The notes beneath the pieces were generated by a model. The model saw nothing but the letters and a program-made list of their open reading frames with translations. It made no database searches and was not told the DNA's origin. Source: Mobula birostris (taxonomy: Eukaryota). Taken from it: a stretch of 64,000 bases of DNA. This document shows positions 62,414 to 64,000 of the stretch, one piece after another. Positions within the stretch are counted from its first letter, which is position 1. The number at the start of each line of letters is the position of its first letter. Position numbers and translations under genes: made by a program. The stretch is taken from the NCBI RefSeq assembly GCF_030028105.1, contig NC_092371.1, positions 14,653,884 to 14,717,883 on the forward strand. The letters are read 5' to 3'.

Positions 62414-63518
62414 AGTGATGCGTCCTGGCCCTAAAGGATAATTCTATTCCTTTCCATAGATGCTGCTTGAACTGCTGAATTCCTCCAGCATTTTCTGTGT
62501 GTTACCGCATTTTCAAATTAACTGGGAAGATAAGAATTGTTAAAGGCAGGGAGGAAAGACTAAAAATCACTGTGAAATGTTATTATAGGTTTGGTAGAAT
62601 TAGGGTCTCGGACCGAAACGTCGACTGTTTATTCATTTTCATGGATGTTGCTTGGCCTGCTGAGTTCCTCCAGCACCTTGATTGTGTTGCTTTGGATTTT
62701 CAGTAACTACAGAATTTCTCGTGTTTATAATTTTGGTGCTGTATAGATCACCGATTTCTCGTCAGCTCTTTATATTCCATTTAAATATCAGCACATTCTC
62801 TGGGATTAGGTATCAAATATAAAGTATCCAACTTTACTGGCGATAGAAAACCGGGCAGTAATGTGATTGGGAAATTGAATTATCCATAAAAAATTATATC
62901 AATCCGTAATAAGAGGAAAATAGGCACCATATGGATAGCTATAAGGTTGTAAACTGTGTAATTCAGCCGCAGGCCTGGCCTTTATGGTAGATAATGTCTC
63001 TTTCATGGCCCGGAGGGTTTGTGCACCTGCATTTGTTTATACTTTTCGGATCTAGTTTTGTTAAACCTTGCGCTTTCCATTACATCTTGTCAAGTTTATT
63101 TTGATTAGCACGGGTTTTCTGCGTACTGATAATATTTAAGTCGGATTCGGCACTGCACTTATGGCGGTCTCCTGATTTTTCGAGAATGATTCATCTCGCG
63201 GTGGTGCTCGGACAAGCCATCAATATTCTGTTGGAATTACTGTGAATACACTCTTTTTTCTGTCTCTGCATGAGAGCCTGTCGTTCCTCGGCACCTGAGT
63301 TCAGTCGTTTGTCAGCGCACACAGTGGCTGAAGGATGCTGAGCCAAAATGGACCCAGCGGGGTTTCATCAGCCGCTTGGACAACGGTTAGCTGGAGGCGA
63401 GCGTCCCTTATATTCTCAGTGCTCGTTTCGAAGTTCCGTTTCGAGTTCTCCTGTGCTTCCAACTGAGCTATAGGTTTCCGAGGAATATTCCATGTTCCCG
63501 AGTTGTATGCCATGTTAT

Positions 63519-63677
63519 CGATTTTACCAGCCCTGTCTCGAGAGCATCAGGTTAGTTTCGAGTTTACCAGTTCGGTCCTGCGAAATCAGGTCTGTCTCGA
63601 GTTTATCAGTCCTGTCTCCAAAGCATCAGGTCTGTCTCGAGTTTACCAGTCCTATCCCCAGGGTGTCAGGTCTGTCT
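63519..63677. repeat. About 40-bp minisatellite x4
   Basis: cgagtttaccagtcctgtctcc...atcaggtctgtct units start at 63519, 63559, 63598 and 63638. Confidence 0.85.
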
Positions 63678-63779
63678 CTATTTTCCTCGAACTTTCTCCG
63701 GAGCATCTTTTCTGCTTCGAATTCACAAGCCCTGAGTTGAGTGATTTAGGGTTCCTTGGGACGTCAAGTGTACTGCCAT

Positions 63780-64000
63780 GAGCCATACGGGGCTGTGAAC
63801 GTGTCTTTGTTAATCGTTGTTTCATCTGGAGTCATTAAGTCATTTTGCTTTCAATCTTGTCAATCTTGTCAATCTTGTCAAGTTTATTTTGACTGCAACA
63901 GGTTTTCTGTGTACTATGCGTTTTTAAAGTAGACTGCCCATTGGCACTTATTACAGTGTCCTGGTTTTTCGAGGAAGACAGGACTCGCTGTTGCTCAGAC
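63780..64000. repeat. Diverged direct copy of 63005-63215
   Basis: catcttgtcaagtttattttgat..gggttttctg(c/t)gtact..cacttat..cctg(a/g)tttttcgag..ctcgc..tgctc(g/a)gac is shared. Confidence 0.75.

Noticed and set aside
63325-63331. CACAGTG near the window end
   Set aside because: No nonamer and no adjacent V/J segment.

Overview
Vertebrate nuclear DNA, most likely from a cartilaginous fish (inferred from the repeat landscape). Most of the window is decayed transposable elements: many CR1 LINEs (two with long open SGNH-esterase ORF1s), Rex1/Babar LINEs, one long L1-clade element, Penelope-like elements with hammerhead-ribozyme cores, R4/Dong and RTE fragments, Tc1-like relics and solo-LTR-like elements. 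The one apparently intact host gene lies on the minus strand at 36229-38593. It encodes a compact, non-rearranging antigen-receptor-like immunoglobulin-superfamily protein: leader exon, V exon with a germline-joined J-like end, C1-set exon, uncharged TM exon and a short or uncertain tail. The four main exons are joined by phase-1 GT-AG introns, and I found no recombination signal sequences. On the plus strand are relics of what look like related receptor genes: a V-exon start cut off by a CR1, a duplicated intron/acceptor block, a leader-like exon and an NKp30-like TM exon. Together these suggest a birth-and-death cluster of innate V-type receptors. Also notable: a cluster of three hairpins containing an octamer at about 60.8 kb, and a diverged duplication at the window end. 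Repeat boundaries are approximate; exon boundaries were read directly from the sequence.
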